Below the pieces are notes generated by a model. That model was not told where the DNA came from. It was given only the letters and a program-made list of their open reading frames with translations, and did no database searches. The translations under genes were made by a program, and so were the position numbers. This document shows, piece after piece, positions 14,622 through 39,064 of a DNA stretch of 64,000 bases (position 1 is the first letter of the stretch; each line of letters starts with the position of its first letter). Location: NCBI GenBank assembly GCA_963693365.1, contig CAVNZM010000004.1:578448-642447 (forward strand), given 5' to 3'. The stretch is from Amoebidium appalachense (Eukaryota > Protista > Ichthyosporea).

Positions 14622-15149
14622 GTTGTATTGTAAATTTTTGTAAACCGGTGCCCTAATAAAGTTACTGCTACTTATATCTGGTTGCCGCTAGGCTAGCCGG
14701 CTGGTTCCGGAAATTTAAAGCACAGCCTCGATGTGTTCGACAGGTCATTTCTAGTGGGCGAATAGTAATTCTGCTGTTCCGAAATGTTTAAGGGCGTGTA
14801 ACTTGTGCAGTACTGCCAAGCTTGCCAAACGGTTGAACGCCGGCAAACACAAAAAAAAGAATTCATAACCACCGAATAATTAACTGACCATATTCGCCTT
14901 TCAAAACACAAATAAATGGTGCCAAGCAGCCCATACTTGAAGATCCCGGCCCGATAGGGCTTCTCTGGTTCGCCTTGTGAAAATTGTCAATGGCAAAAGC
15001 ACAACAACTCGCCACGAGGCAACCTATCGTGCTACATGGACCCTGATCGCAAATATTATGCATATCCCGTTTGCTTGGTTCAACTATTAGGCTACTTTTT
15101 TAATTTGCTTGTTTGCCAATGGCATGCTCTCTTGTCACAGTTGCCGTGC

Positions 15150-15212
15150 AGTGGGTCTTTGCCTATACTTTGTCCATCTTGCGAACTTTCAAATGGATAT
15201 TTTAGCCCGCCT

Positions 15213-15248
<36 letters not shown>

Positions 15249-15790
15249 TTCAGAGTCCCCCCCATCTCCCCCCCCCCCCCCCCCCAAATGCATATCCCCC
15301 CTCCCCCCCCCCCTCCCACCTCCCCCTCTCCAATGCATATCCCCCCCTCCTCCTCCCCTCCTCCCCCAATGTAGTACTCCCCTCCCCCCCCCCCTCCAAC
15401 CCAGTGCATATTCCCTCTCTCTCCCGCCCCTCCCAATTTCCCCCCAATAAATATCCCCCCCTCCTCCCTCCCCTTCCCCCCCAATGCATAATCCTCCCTC
15501 CCCTCCCCCCCCCCCCCCCCCCCCCCCCCTCCGGCCCCCCTCCCAAATGCTCTCTCCCCCCGGCCCTCACCCTCCCGGCCTAATGCATATTTCCCCCCTC
15601 GCCTCTCCCCCCTCCTTCCCCCCCACCCCTAATGCATATTCCCCCTCTCCCACCCCACCCCCACCCCCAACCCCCTCCCCCGCTAATGCATATCCCCCCC
15701 CTCCCCCCCCTTCCTCCCCCAGTGGGTACTTGTCTCTATCTTTGTCCATCTTGCAATCCGATTCTAGTGCATATCTAACCCTCCCCCCCC
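15150..15790. repeat. Degenerate array of ATGCAT(AT) cores separated by poly-C spacers, flanked by two diverged copies of about 60 bp
   Basis: About 10 cores. The flanks are CAGTGGGT...CTTTGTCCATCTTGC near 15149 and 15720. Confidence 0.7.
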
Positions 15791-16196
15791 CCCCCCCCCT
15801 CCCCCTCCCCTCTCTCCATCTCAGACATCCCCCCCCCCGCCCCCCACCACCAAAAAAAAAGCCACCACCACCAACACACAATCACTACCGCACCAGAACA
15901 CATGATGCAAACTTCCCTGTACCATTTTGTTCACCTCTTAATGATCCGCGTTGGTAAACGTGCCAGATGTCCCACCGAGTTATACGACAGGCTATCACAC
16001 TATGCCCTCGTTTCTTTCTGTTATGCGACAGAGTCTGTTTGTATTCCACGGACAGACGAAGATGATTAAACGCATAGTGGAAAGAGGGGAGGGGGTGGGT
16101 GGTGGGATGGGTGTTGGTAGTGGTGGCGGTGTGTCATTTGTGTGCGTGTGGGGGTGTGTGTGTGTGTGTGTGTGCGCGTGTGTTATTGTATTGTAT

Positions 16197-16230
<34 letters not shown>

Positions 16231-16564
16231 AGGGGAGGGTTCGCACCGTAGCAGACGTATGCCGTCATTGATAACACATGTTTATTTGTCGTGGCAATAC
16301 AGCCTATATTCAGGTGACTCATCAGAGTACAATACATACAAGCGTATGTACCACAGGTAACAGCATACAAAAACATTGTGGACCACTTTGAACTGTGTTC
16401 GTTCTAATGTTCCATTCAAAATAATGCACTAACACCAATTATTCGAAAAGTCTGCACGGTGCCAAGGCAACCCAGACCATCCAATCACCCGTAACAGTTC
16501 CCTCCTTTGACAAAATTTACGTTTGATTGGTTGCACGTTATTCGTCAGGTCTAGCCGGTGCCGT

Positions 16565-17792
16565 TCACTTCTGATGGGACAGATATGCCTCCAGCGCCTC
16601 AGATCCACCAATCAGCTTGCCCCCAATATACACCTGCAGGGAAGGGGTCGTTAGTGTGCAGTCGGGGGTCTCTTTATCCCCAAAAGGAGGGGGGGAAGGG
16701 TTAGGGAAAAGTGGGTGGGGGCCTCTTGTCTGTGTTCGTGTGTTTGCTTGTGCATGTGGGCATGTGGGAATGAAATTTGACTGACTTTGGAAGAATGGGA
16801 TGAATCGTGCTTGTGTGTGTGTGTGTGTGTGTGCTTATACAAGCATGCAGGGCTTATACCACTGGCCAACCGTGGCAAGAGCAGGGAACTTCGGTGGGTG
16901 TGTGCTCAAGTGCGCATGTCTGTAGCGTACTGCCAACCCCCTCCCCCCCCCCCCCCCCCCCCCCCCAACCCCATGGCCACCCCACCCCCCCTTCCCAAGA
17001 CCCACTCACACACCCACCCAATCAACTTTTTCATCCTTCTGGTTCCCTAGAGAGGTGGGAGGATGGCAGGGGGGGAAAAGGAGGGGGGGGGGGGGGGGAG
17101 ATTGAGGGCATCGGGGATTCCGAAGATGAGAGCAAGAGAGGCTCGTACCTGGGGCACGGTGGATGCACCAGCTGCAGCCCGCAGTGAGCGCGAGGTGACG
17201 CCATTCTCCCCCACCACTATCTCATCGTACACGAGGGAGTGGTCAGAGAGCATCTGCTTGGCCTTGGCACAGAAAGGGCAGCCACGTTTGGTGAAGAGGG
17301 TGACGGGCTCAGGAGCAGGGGTGGAGGGCGAGATGTACCTGAGGGAACAAGGGGGAGGGAGGGAGGGGGGGGGGGGGGGGGGGAGGGAGGAGGAGATGGA
17401 GTGAGCGAGAGAGAGAGGGAGATTTAAAGTATGTGCCAGCTCAGTGCCCTAGGGAGTCAGTGCGTGACGGGTGTGGTGGTGCAGCGGGTGTGTGTGTGTG
17501 TGTGTGTGTGTTTGTGATGGTTAGTCAGAGCCGACGATTATTAAATAGAGAAATGCAATGTTGGGGAAAAGGATTGACAATCTGGGTGGATGCTCGGGGC
17601 CGGGGGGAGGGGGGGGGGGGAGGGGAGGGCGGGGGGGGAGGGGGGGGGGGGGTACATTAATACTCGAGTCTTTTGACTTTCTCTACGACAATATCCGATA
17701 GAAAAGGGTGCGAGTGTGAGTGTGAGTGAGTGAGTGTGTGTGTGGAGAGCGGGGAGGGGGGGGGGAGAGTGGGTCACTGTGTGTGTGTATGT

Positions 17793-17838
<46 letters not shown>

Positions 17839-17923
17839 GGGAGGGGGGGAGGGGGGGATTATAAGCACTAGGGAACACAAGTTCCTGTGGATTCCAGAGA
17901 GCTTCCGCGTGTTAGCCTGTCTA

Positions 17924-17958
<35 letters not shown>

Positions 17959-18002
17959 GTGTTGGCGGAAAGGGGGGAGGGGAGGGGGGGAGAAGAATGT
18001 GT

Positions 18003-18048
<46 letters not shown>

Positions 18049-18405
18049 GGGTATGGCCCTACTTGAGCATGGTGTCTGCGTCCGAGACCTCAAACGGGTC
18101 GCCCTCCTTCAAAGGCTCGATAAACTGCTTCTCGATAATCTTGTTCTTGACAAGCATGGAGTGACGCCAGGACCGCATGCCAAACCCAAGCTTGCTGAAG
18201 TCCCGAAGAAGGCCCAGACCCCTTGCAAAGTCACCGTTGCCATCAGCAATCATGGTAATGTTGTTGGCCTCCTGAAAGTGGAGAGGGGGGGGAGGGGGAG
18301 GAGGGGAGGAGGGAGAAGGGTGAGTGGAAGGAAAGGCCGAGAGTGGGTACCGGTGCAAGTTTGGAGGAGAGGGGGTGGGGAGAGGGGGTGGGGAGAGGGA
18401 AGGGA

Positions 18406-18438
<33 letters not shown>

Positions 18439-18938
18439 GAGGGAAGGAGAGGGCGGGGGGAGGGGGGCGGGGGCCTGAGGAAGGGGGGGGGGGGGGGGGG
18501 GGGGGAGGAAAGAGAGGGCGAAAAAGAGGGGTGGGGGCGGGGAGGAAAGGAAAGGGATGAACATAGGTGCTGGGCTAAGATGCGTTCTTATGTGTCACTG
18601 GTGTATGCGTGTAATGTACACGGGCCAGGCAATCACCGAGGGATGGGGACCGGAAACACTACCTGGTCCTTGGCCCAGCTCTCCATCACAAACGTGTCGT
18701 TCACACTGAAGCAGATGATGTCATCCACGCCCAGCTTCTTGAACAGTGGCGCTAGCTCGTTGAAACGCGGCACATGGCTGGAAGAGCATGTGGGGGTGAA
18801 GGCACCGGGCAGGCCAAACGCAATGACAGTCTTGTTGGCAAAGAGATCATCGGTGGTAATATCAACCCATTTGCCCCCGCGGCGAATGTGGAAGACAACG
18901 TCGGGGACAGGGCGACCTTCGGAGACGGGAAGAGACAT
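16565..18938 (-). CDS. pgdx: Hybrid peroxiredoxin(Prx5-type)-glutaredoxin, bacterial PGdx type; exons 18938-18663, 18271-18063, 17338-17149, 16633-16565
   Basis: Prx part: [52 protein letters not shown]. Grx part: [32 protein letters not shown]. There are three GT-AG introns with consistent phases, giving about 247 aa. Confidence 0.93.
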
Positions 18939-20429
18939 GGTTGCGAGGGTAGAGGGTAGAGAGAAACAGAGAAAGGATTTTTTTGTTTGTGCGTGACAGC
19001 GCGAAGAAGTGAAGTGGACGGAGGAAAAAAACCCTTTTTATTCCAGTGTAGGATCGGGAAAAATAAAAAATGGATCTGATTGGGCGAACGTGAAGATGGC
19101 CGGAACAGGTGCAAGTGTCCCTTGCTACCTATGCAATAAATAAAGCATAAGAAAAGAGAAAGAAATATATTTGAAAAAAAAAATCTTTTCACTCCTTGGA
19201 AGGGTTATAAACGATGTATACAAACAACATCATAAACAGTTGGCAATACAGCAGACTGTCATACAATACAAACTAACAATTCCAAACTATTTAGATTATT
19301 TGGAGGAGACCACCAATCAAAAAGCGACAGAAAATTTTGTTTGATGGAACGCCAATCAAATAACCTTGTCTGATTGATGCCCAATAAAAACCGTTATATG
19401 ACGTCACATGATAAAAAAAGATCTCGTCAAAAAAAACTTCTTCACGCGTACGTGGCACCAGGGTTTTAAATTTGTTTTTATCATAGTGGTTTTTCGGGAA
19501 TCCGGTGCATATTTTTTGTAACCCCGATTGTACTTTAAGTGCCACTTGCACATCACATACAAACACATATACATATACTCACACGTATATATACACACGC
19601 ATATATAGATATATATAGATATAACTTTACAGTGCCACTGGCACAGATTTCAGTGGAACTAGCGGTCCGAGGTCTCGAGGTAGAGAGTTATTTTAGCGCT
19701 TAGCGATTGAGTGAGAGCGAGCAAGAGAGAGAAGAGGTGAGATGCGAAAGCGTGGCACCATCCCCACACGTGCACGCACGCACACACCAACAGGACAAGC
19801 TTGGTGACACTAAAACACACGCCAAGGGGCACATGAACATGTATGCACATGCAACTCGAAATTCCCGTGAACTCTAGTCCACTCCACTCGCCGAGCACGT
19901 ACATCATACGTATACATGCATGTGCGTAGGATGTGCGCTAGCGCTGTGCGTGCACATGTGCGTGCCACGCAGGGGTTAAATTTACAGTGCCATTTGTCAA
20001 TAAAAAAGCCACCTGAAACCCGATCTCCCCCCGTAAACTAATCCTCCCCTCCCTCCCCCCCCCCCCCCTCCCCCCCCCCCCCCCCCCCTACCCCCTCGTC
20101 CCTACTCTCTCATATACCCCCCCCCCCCCCCCCCCTCCCCCCGAAAGTTCTCTAATCTTTCTCTCCCTCCCTACCTCCCTCCATGTATCTCTCCCTCTCT
20201 ACCTCCCTTCCTCCCTCCCCTCCCCCCTCTTCCTCTCCTGTCTTTCTGTGTTTCAGTTGCTCTCTCCCTTCTCCCCCCTTCTCCCCCCCCCCCCACCCCC
20301 TCCCCCCTCCTTCCCCCCTTCCCTCCCCCCTCCCCCTTCCCCCCCCCCCCCCCCCCTCCCTCTCGCTGAGGCTCCCTCTCTCTCTCCCCTCCCCCCCCTC
20401 TCTCTCCCTCACATACTGACACACGCACC

Positions 20430-21298
<869 letters not shown>

Positions 21299-22518
21299 AG
21301 GGGGAGGGGGTGGGGGTGAGCAGGGGGAGGGCGCACGTCATGAGACATGAAGTGCACCCAGCATGGTGGTGATACATGCGGGCATAGTATTCCACCACGA
21401 CCTGAAGATGCACTATAGAGAAGTAGTATATCGGCGACAAGCACCAAAAACTTGGACGGATGAGTTTGGAGAGTGCGCAGTACTACTTCGTATTATGATG
21501 TGCTCTAATATTAGATCTTGTGCTGGGGGATCCAATTCTCTGCAAGGCTTTCTTTTGTCACAGTGTCTACTGATTATAACCGGCTGGACCGTCACAAATT
21601 TTTAATCAAATTTCTGCTTCATGATCAATGCACTTCAGTTTCCAAAGCTTACAGGTCGAATACATGATATTTGTAATAAAGGTGAAGGTTTAAGCCTGCC
21701 ACAACTGCGATGACATATGCATGTGCAACGAAAACGTGCATTCATGAACATGCTCGCTACCATTTCAGTATATCGACGTGATGTCCATGGGACAGTAATA
21801 AGTGCGTGGTCTGCACCATCGACAGGTTCATGATCATAATCTTGGTGAACTAGATCTGCAGGCGGCTCGTCGTACATATGTAATGTAAAAATGCCAAGAC
21901 GTGAAGATTCTAGCCCATCTACGCGAAAGCCAAAACATGGGTAAATGGCTGACATGTGCCGCTGCGAGCACCGCGTTTCCTTGTCTCTCGGGCCATCGTC
22001 CATGGATGTGCCTCTCAACAGTAGTCCCAGCCTGACTTCTGCTGCAGCAAGGCATGTTCATATATATGTGCCGATTTCATGGTTGGGCCGTACACAGAGG
22101 CACACAAGGCACACAGCACTTGCTCTCACGATGCACTAGTTTATTTTGTATACTACCTGAAAGTGTCTTTCGGAACATCAGCACAACCCCGAATCTTTTT
22201 TCCCCCCAGCATGGCAGTGCTATTGTGTAGTTACCAGGCCATGTGCCGTGGGCTAAAGCAATAAACAGCTACATTAAGCAAAATGAAAATAAGTCTCGAA
22301 TCTAGAAATATATCGATCAAAAAAGAGAAAAAAGAGCCATCAGCCACTGTTCTGAGATGTGCATAAAACATCATAAAGTACATCATCTTACAAACATACG
22401 CGCATAAACACCAAAATCACGGTGCCTACATTATCCCTTTTCACAGTGCTTCTATTCTTGTTTTACGTACGTGCATTTTTCACTAAATGCATGTGTTTCA
22501 AAGGAAACCCACTAGGTT

Positions 22519-24006
22519 CTACACCTGTCTCTTCGGCACGGTAATAAACAAAGTTGTGAAGAAACACAACCCACAGGCAGCAGCCAACATGTACAGATTA
22601 ACATCATACAGCGCGGGGGATGTGACCCCGTGCTTGTCCACCTGTGTGTTAAAGATGACGGTAAAAATGCCTCCCCCAACAATACCTAACAGGCAGGGTG
22701 AGGCCGTCATGGTGATGCCAAACAGACCCGACAGGTTGTTGGTGCCAAAGAGGTCCACAAGGAACGCTGCTATCAGCGTGGAGGCAATGTTGACAAACCC
22801 AGACACGCAGATGGCCACACAGAAGGGAATGAACAGCTGCTTGCGGAACAGCAGGGGGCATATGCCCAGGCAGAACCCCTGGGCCAGGAGGGAGAACAGA
22901 AGAAGGCGCTTGCGGCCCAGCCGGTCGGAAAAGGTGCTGAAGAGAAGACGACCCACGAGACAGCATATGCCCATGATGGTGAACAGCGTAGCCCCGTAGG
23001 TGCGGGGCTTGCCGAACTGCTGCTGGCATATGTCGGATATCTTTGCCGATATGACAAAGTAGGGTATGTTGCAGACCAGAAACACGAAGTAGGTCAGCGC
23101 GTAGTTCTTTGTGGCCACGCACTGCAACACGGTCTTCTCCTTTGCCTGTGGCACAGTCTTGACCTCCTCCTCTGCTGCCACCACAAGCACCGTGCTGCCG
23201 GGGTGGGGTTCTCTCTCGTCAGCCCCCTCTTTCTTCTCCTTTCGCTCGTTGTCCTCCTCCTCAGCTGCCCCCACGACCTTAGTCGTATCTGCCTTGACCA
23301 CCTCCGGACCGTTGGGCCCTACCTGGTAGCCCGTGGGAGGGTTTCTTACCACACAGGTACCGATGTTTGTCAGCACGAACGTGATGATGGCCAGGTAGAG
23401 CAGAGTCAATGGCACACCCACTCTGCTAATCAATGCGTCCTGGAGCAGGGTCAGGCCAATACCCAACGTGGTGCCGCCCACACTGATGAAGGACACAAGG
23501 CCGCGCTTGTCGGGGTACCAGCGAAGAAGGGGCGACACGGGCACCAAATAGCACACCCCCACCCCCACACCGTTGATGCAGCCAAAGGCCAAGTGCACAA
23601 AGGCCATGCTCTTGAGGTAGACGGCTAGGCCCGCGAGGGCTTGGCCCGAGACCATCAGCACGCTGCTGTAGAAGAGACACGTTGCTGGGCCCAGCCGGTT
23701 GACCAGCGGCCCACACAGCGCAGATGCCATACCGGCCGAACCCATGATGAAGAACACCGTCACAGCGCCTGTGCCCGCCTTGACGCCTATGTACTGCTCC
23801 ACGGGCACGGTGTAGACGGTCCACGTGTAAGCGCTGCCGTTTGCGATCTGAATGATCACTGCGGCCGGCAACATCATCCAGCGTTGGAACCGAATACCGA
23901 AGAAGAGGGTTTCTTCTCGTTTCTCCTGTGCCGGTGTGCGCCGCTGCACCGTGTCTGCATAGTGCCATCTAAATAGCTCCCAGGCGCGCTGTATAAACCC
24001 AGACAT
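22519..24006 (-). CDS. Intronless MFS transporter, oxalate:formate antiporter (OFA)-like
   Basis: About 495 aa from MSGFIQR with about 12 hydrophobic segments. Motifs include GSAYTWTVY, GPLVNRLGP, RWYPDKRGL and SDRLGRK, with a charged central loop. Confidence 0.88.
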   Translation of the reverse strand: MSGFIQRAWELFRWHYADTVQRRTPAQEKREETLFFGIRFQRWMMLPAAVIIQIANGSAYTWTVYTVPVEQYIGVKAGTGAVTVFFIMGSAGMASALCGPLVNRLGPATCLFYSSVLMVSGQALAGLAVYLKSMAFVHLAFGCINGVGVGVCYLVPVSPLLRWYPDKRGLVSFISVGGTTLGIGLTLLQDALISRVGVPLTLLYLAIITFVLTNIGTCVVRNPPTGYQVGPNGPEVVKADTTKVVGAAEEEDNERKEKKEGADEREPHPGSTVLVVAAEEEVKTVPQAKEKTVLQCVATKNYALTYFVFLVCNIPYFVISAKISDICQQQFGKPRTYGATLFTIMGICCLVGRLLFSTFSDRLGRKRLLLFSLLAQGFCLGICPLLFRKQLFIPFCVAICVSGFVNIASTLIAAFLVDLFGTNNLSGLFGITMTASPCLLGIVGGGIFTVIFNTQVDKHGVTSPALYDVNLYMLAAACGLCFFTTLFITVPKRQV

Positions 24007-26075
24007 TCTCGTGTGTGTGTGCAAATAGTTTCAAAATAATTTGATCAACACCAGGGAGGTTCTTGACTTTGATAACCTTCACTGAAGAGAGAGATTCCAA
24101 CAAAACGCCTCCTAGATGTACGCAAACACAACTAGTAAAGAGCTTTATGCTAGAGAAAGCAGCTTAATATCGTGTCGAAGAGTGGCTGTGTTCAGGTGCT
24201 TGTCCAAACAACGTACCAAACCAAGGCCAAAAAAGCATGTATATTACTCTTCAACTTCTTTGCACATGAAGGCGGTACCGGTATTCGTATATGCACTGAG
24301 TCACGGCCTCGGACTACAGTACTAGTAGCAGCCGTTATACATAATCGGACATCGTTTCCTCATGATCCAGATTTCTGGGAGGTGTTTTACATTAGCGAGG
24401 GCACCGTGTGACCGTAGGCTTCAGCACTTACTTGGGGTGCGCAGCCTCAATTATATATAGAGTAAACACTATCAAAAACCAATAAAAGATACCTCCAATT
24501 ACACTGTAATTTACACACATTGCCCTGTTCGCTGAATTTGACAAAAATAGAATGGCGTTCCTTGAAAACATTTCATAAGGTCTTGGCGAGGAAATTGTAG
24601 ATGGATAAAAACGAGGAGGGTCTGATGTCAGTCGCCGCCACATTCCAACGGGTGCGAGAAGAGCCAATCAATCGTTTGATCTTTGAACCGAGCGACCGGA
24701 CCCAATCATTTCGCAGGTTGGAGTAGATCGCGCATGCCTGCGAGGCTGACTACTACAAGCATAAAATAGCCTAATATAGTTTGTGTGGAGTGTCACCACG
24801 TGTATCAACCACGTGCATTGTGCGTGCCATTGCCATGATGCAGGAGCAAACGCACATTAAAAGATCCTTAAGTTATAATACATAATGGCTTGAATCATCG
24901 TAGTCATGCGTGATCTGCAAGAAAGCATGCATAAGGGGCTGGTTCAACCACAGAAAAGACGCATATGCCCGAGAATTGGATGCACGTGCCACGTGCTGTT
25001 AATTGTGCGTGTGTGCCCAAACATAGACGACGTGTAAATTGAGATTCGTGTGCATGGCCATCTCGAGCTCAGCCCGACATATGCAAGATCAGATCTGGGC
25101 CGTGTTGCAAATCCCATCTGGATGATGTTTTTTCAACTCAAGCAACTCACCCAGGGGCATGCACTGACTTCGCCATAAGCAGCCCACCTATCATCATAGC
25201 ACTCGAAGCACGGAAAGTCACATGCACGCGTGCAAACACACGTACGTGTGATAATGTACATAGACTACCAGATAACCCACAGGATACCGTCACATGCATT
25301 AAGTACACGCATCATGGCCATGCATTCCAGCTAGATGGCAATTGTAGTGCTATCGTGCCTCAGGCAACAGCACCAAGCTTATGGGCACCACCACATCCTT
25401 GCTGCACACAGTCACGATCCTTTCACCCAGTGCACCGGAACCTGCCACGCACCTTGCTTTACTATTCACCCTGTGCAACACGTCTGGCTGCCCCGTGGGC
25501 CGTCAACGCCGTATGTGGTTGTCCAGGGAGCCATGATCTGCCCACCAAGAACCAAGCACCATCGCCAGCGAGCAACCCTGCCAGCTCAGCTGGCCGCACA
25601 TACAACACGTGCGTTCAAACAGGCTAGACCAATATAAAGCCTACACAGTCTAGCTGGGACAACACCACAAGGCACTTGGTCCGTAGTGGTCTGCCCTAGA
25701 ACATCGAGGTGCCGAGCACACACAGGGGAAAGAGTCAGCGGTCTGGGCTGGGCTCAACACAATTGTGCCGGGCACGTGTGGTTGCCATCATGATGCCACC
25801 CGCTGTTGAGCAAGCTCGTGCACAGTTCGGGAAAGAGTCAGTTCCCCTTGCTTGGTGCCTGTGCAGGCCTGGGTGCGGGTGGGTGCCAAGTTGCGCATAG
25901 CAGCCTTAGAGCTTGACGGTAGCGCTGGGACCCCATGAAAGCAGGACGTGCACAAAACGTCCCACACGCCGTCGGGTGGGTGGGGGTGGCTGGCAGGCGC
26001 CCAAAAAACGGGTCGGGTCGATGTGGGGCCGGGCCAAGCCAAAGCACACTCGTAGCCAATCAGGGAGGGGGGCCA

Positions 26076-37185
<11,110 letters not shown>

Positions 37186-37397
37186 CCTTCTTCACTGCTC
37201 CTGTATTTTCAACCCTACCCTCTAACCTACATGCGGCTCCCATGAACAATTGTGCGCATTGTCTCCTCCCCACAGACTCAGAGTCACTCGCACACAGTGC
37301 GTCTCAGCTCATCAGTGTTGCCACGTCAGCAAGACATCACACATGGGCGTGGCATGTCATTGCAAGATCTGGCATGTCTGAGCAGGGTCATTTATCT

Positions 37398-37407
37398 ATG
37401 ACGTCAT
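37398..37407. promoter_or_regulatory. CRE/ATF-like palindrome ATGACGTCAT upstream of UPF1
   Basis: Perfect palindrome about 210 bp upstream of the UPF1 ATG, with a CCAAT nearby (about 37443). Function is inferred only. Confidence 0.3.
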
Positions 37408-39064
37408 GGGCTTGCCATATAAGGCTATTTAAACACAATCCCATTGGCTCGGAACGCACTTTTTGTGCGGTCATGGTGCGGCTGCCGCGGCCCGCCCCGC
37501 CGTAACTTTCCCAGGCAAGGCTTTCCGTCGCCGCAGCCACAAAGTTTCAAGTACCGGCCGCGCTATGAGGGTATGATACTTGATAAATCGATATCGAGAC
37601 TCTAGAAAACGAAGTCGATGGAAAAAATGCTAGTGTAATAGACAACAAGAATAAAGTGCGAGAGCTTCAGGTAACAAAGTTGGCCAAAACGCTGCCGACA
37701 CGTGACAATAGCCATATGCAGACTCCGCACTCTGACTACAAAAAAGTTACCCAGTGATATAAACCAAGGTATCCAGGCAGAGTGCAAGTCTTCCCTTCCG
37801 TGCAAACCCGTCGTATATAACAAGACCCATGGAGAAAGTAGGTGTCTACAGCTGGCCACGGCCGCGCAGCCTGAGGTTCTCAGGCCTGATGGGTGTTGGT
37901 GTGCTGACTCACAGTCACAAGTTTGTTCCGCAGTGCCCCGGCACTGCGAAGACTGCTAGGATACAACCATACTATCTACGGTACTACCGTAGGGGGGTTT
38001 ACGCTGTTTACTACCGTAGGTATTACGTCACACTATACAGGTAGTGCACGCAAAATTGGCCGGGGTGCATCGGGCGAATAGTCTCGGGTTTCCTGCGTTC
38101 GTGCATGCGGAGTCACGTGAGCGAAGTCACAGCTCTGAAGGTGGCGGCGTACTGGCGGTGTGCATATAACATTTTAATTGAATTACTTCATGAACTGTGC
38201 CCACGCCATGGAGCAGACACACGTGCGCGTGCGTAGCACATGCGTATATAAGGTTGGCTCACAGCTACAAACTGGTTTAAATTTATTCCGTCCACAACGG
38301 CCGTATGCTGAGTATAATATGTTATTACTCTCTTCGATCGGGACAAGGAAAAGAGCACACGCCGGGATAGGCGGAAAGGAAGCACACCTGTCCTTGTATA
38401 CGTAAGCACCTGCAGCCGGCCGGGGGAGGCTTGACACTCTGGACATCTGCCTGTGCATGCATGTACATTGTCTGTGCCTGCAGGGTCAAGGCAACGTTGA
38501 ACCCCATAGCCAGGGAAATCTCTCTCGAATCAGTGCACGGCCACCTGTGCCTAGGTGCAAATTCCGAAGATGTCCTTGATCGGCAAGCGATCTCTGTATT
38601 TGTTTTGGCAGAAACATGACCGTGCACGGGTGGCAAGCTTGCACCAAAAACGGTACCCGAAAGTTTACAAGTCATACATTAACCACTCATCAAGTGTGAC
38701 AGGAATCTGGATTGTTGAGCTTTTAATAATAATCCGTGACACGGAACTGTCAAAGGGAGGGTAGATTACTGCCTTGCACGGCACAAAAGCCAGGGCTCCT
38801 GTAAAGTCCTTGGTGCAACACCCCGCTTACATATAAACGGTTTAGTTGTCCTACTCACAGAGTGGTATCTCAGGGAAAACAGTTGTAGTCCCAGTACAAA
38901 TTTGTACACATATATACTATTACTAAGTTCTACAGTTCCACACACACTGACCGAGGTCTTTGGTTTCTTGATACGATGCGGTAAATCACAGCACCTGTGC
39001 TCTAGTGTGCCGTACCAAATTTTCACGCTCTCTTTCGTACATTCGCATCACAATTCCGATCAGA

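Noticed and set aside
14693-15063. Two short overlapping minus-strand ORFs
   Set aside because: No domain similarity was recognised and they could not be assembled into a gene.
21363-22139. 80-127 aa non-repetitive ORFs downstream of the MFS gene
   Set aside because: They have no recognisable motifs, weak starts and no consistent exon chain.
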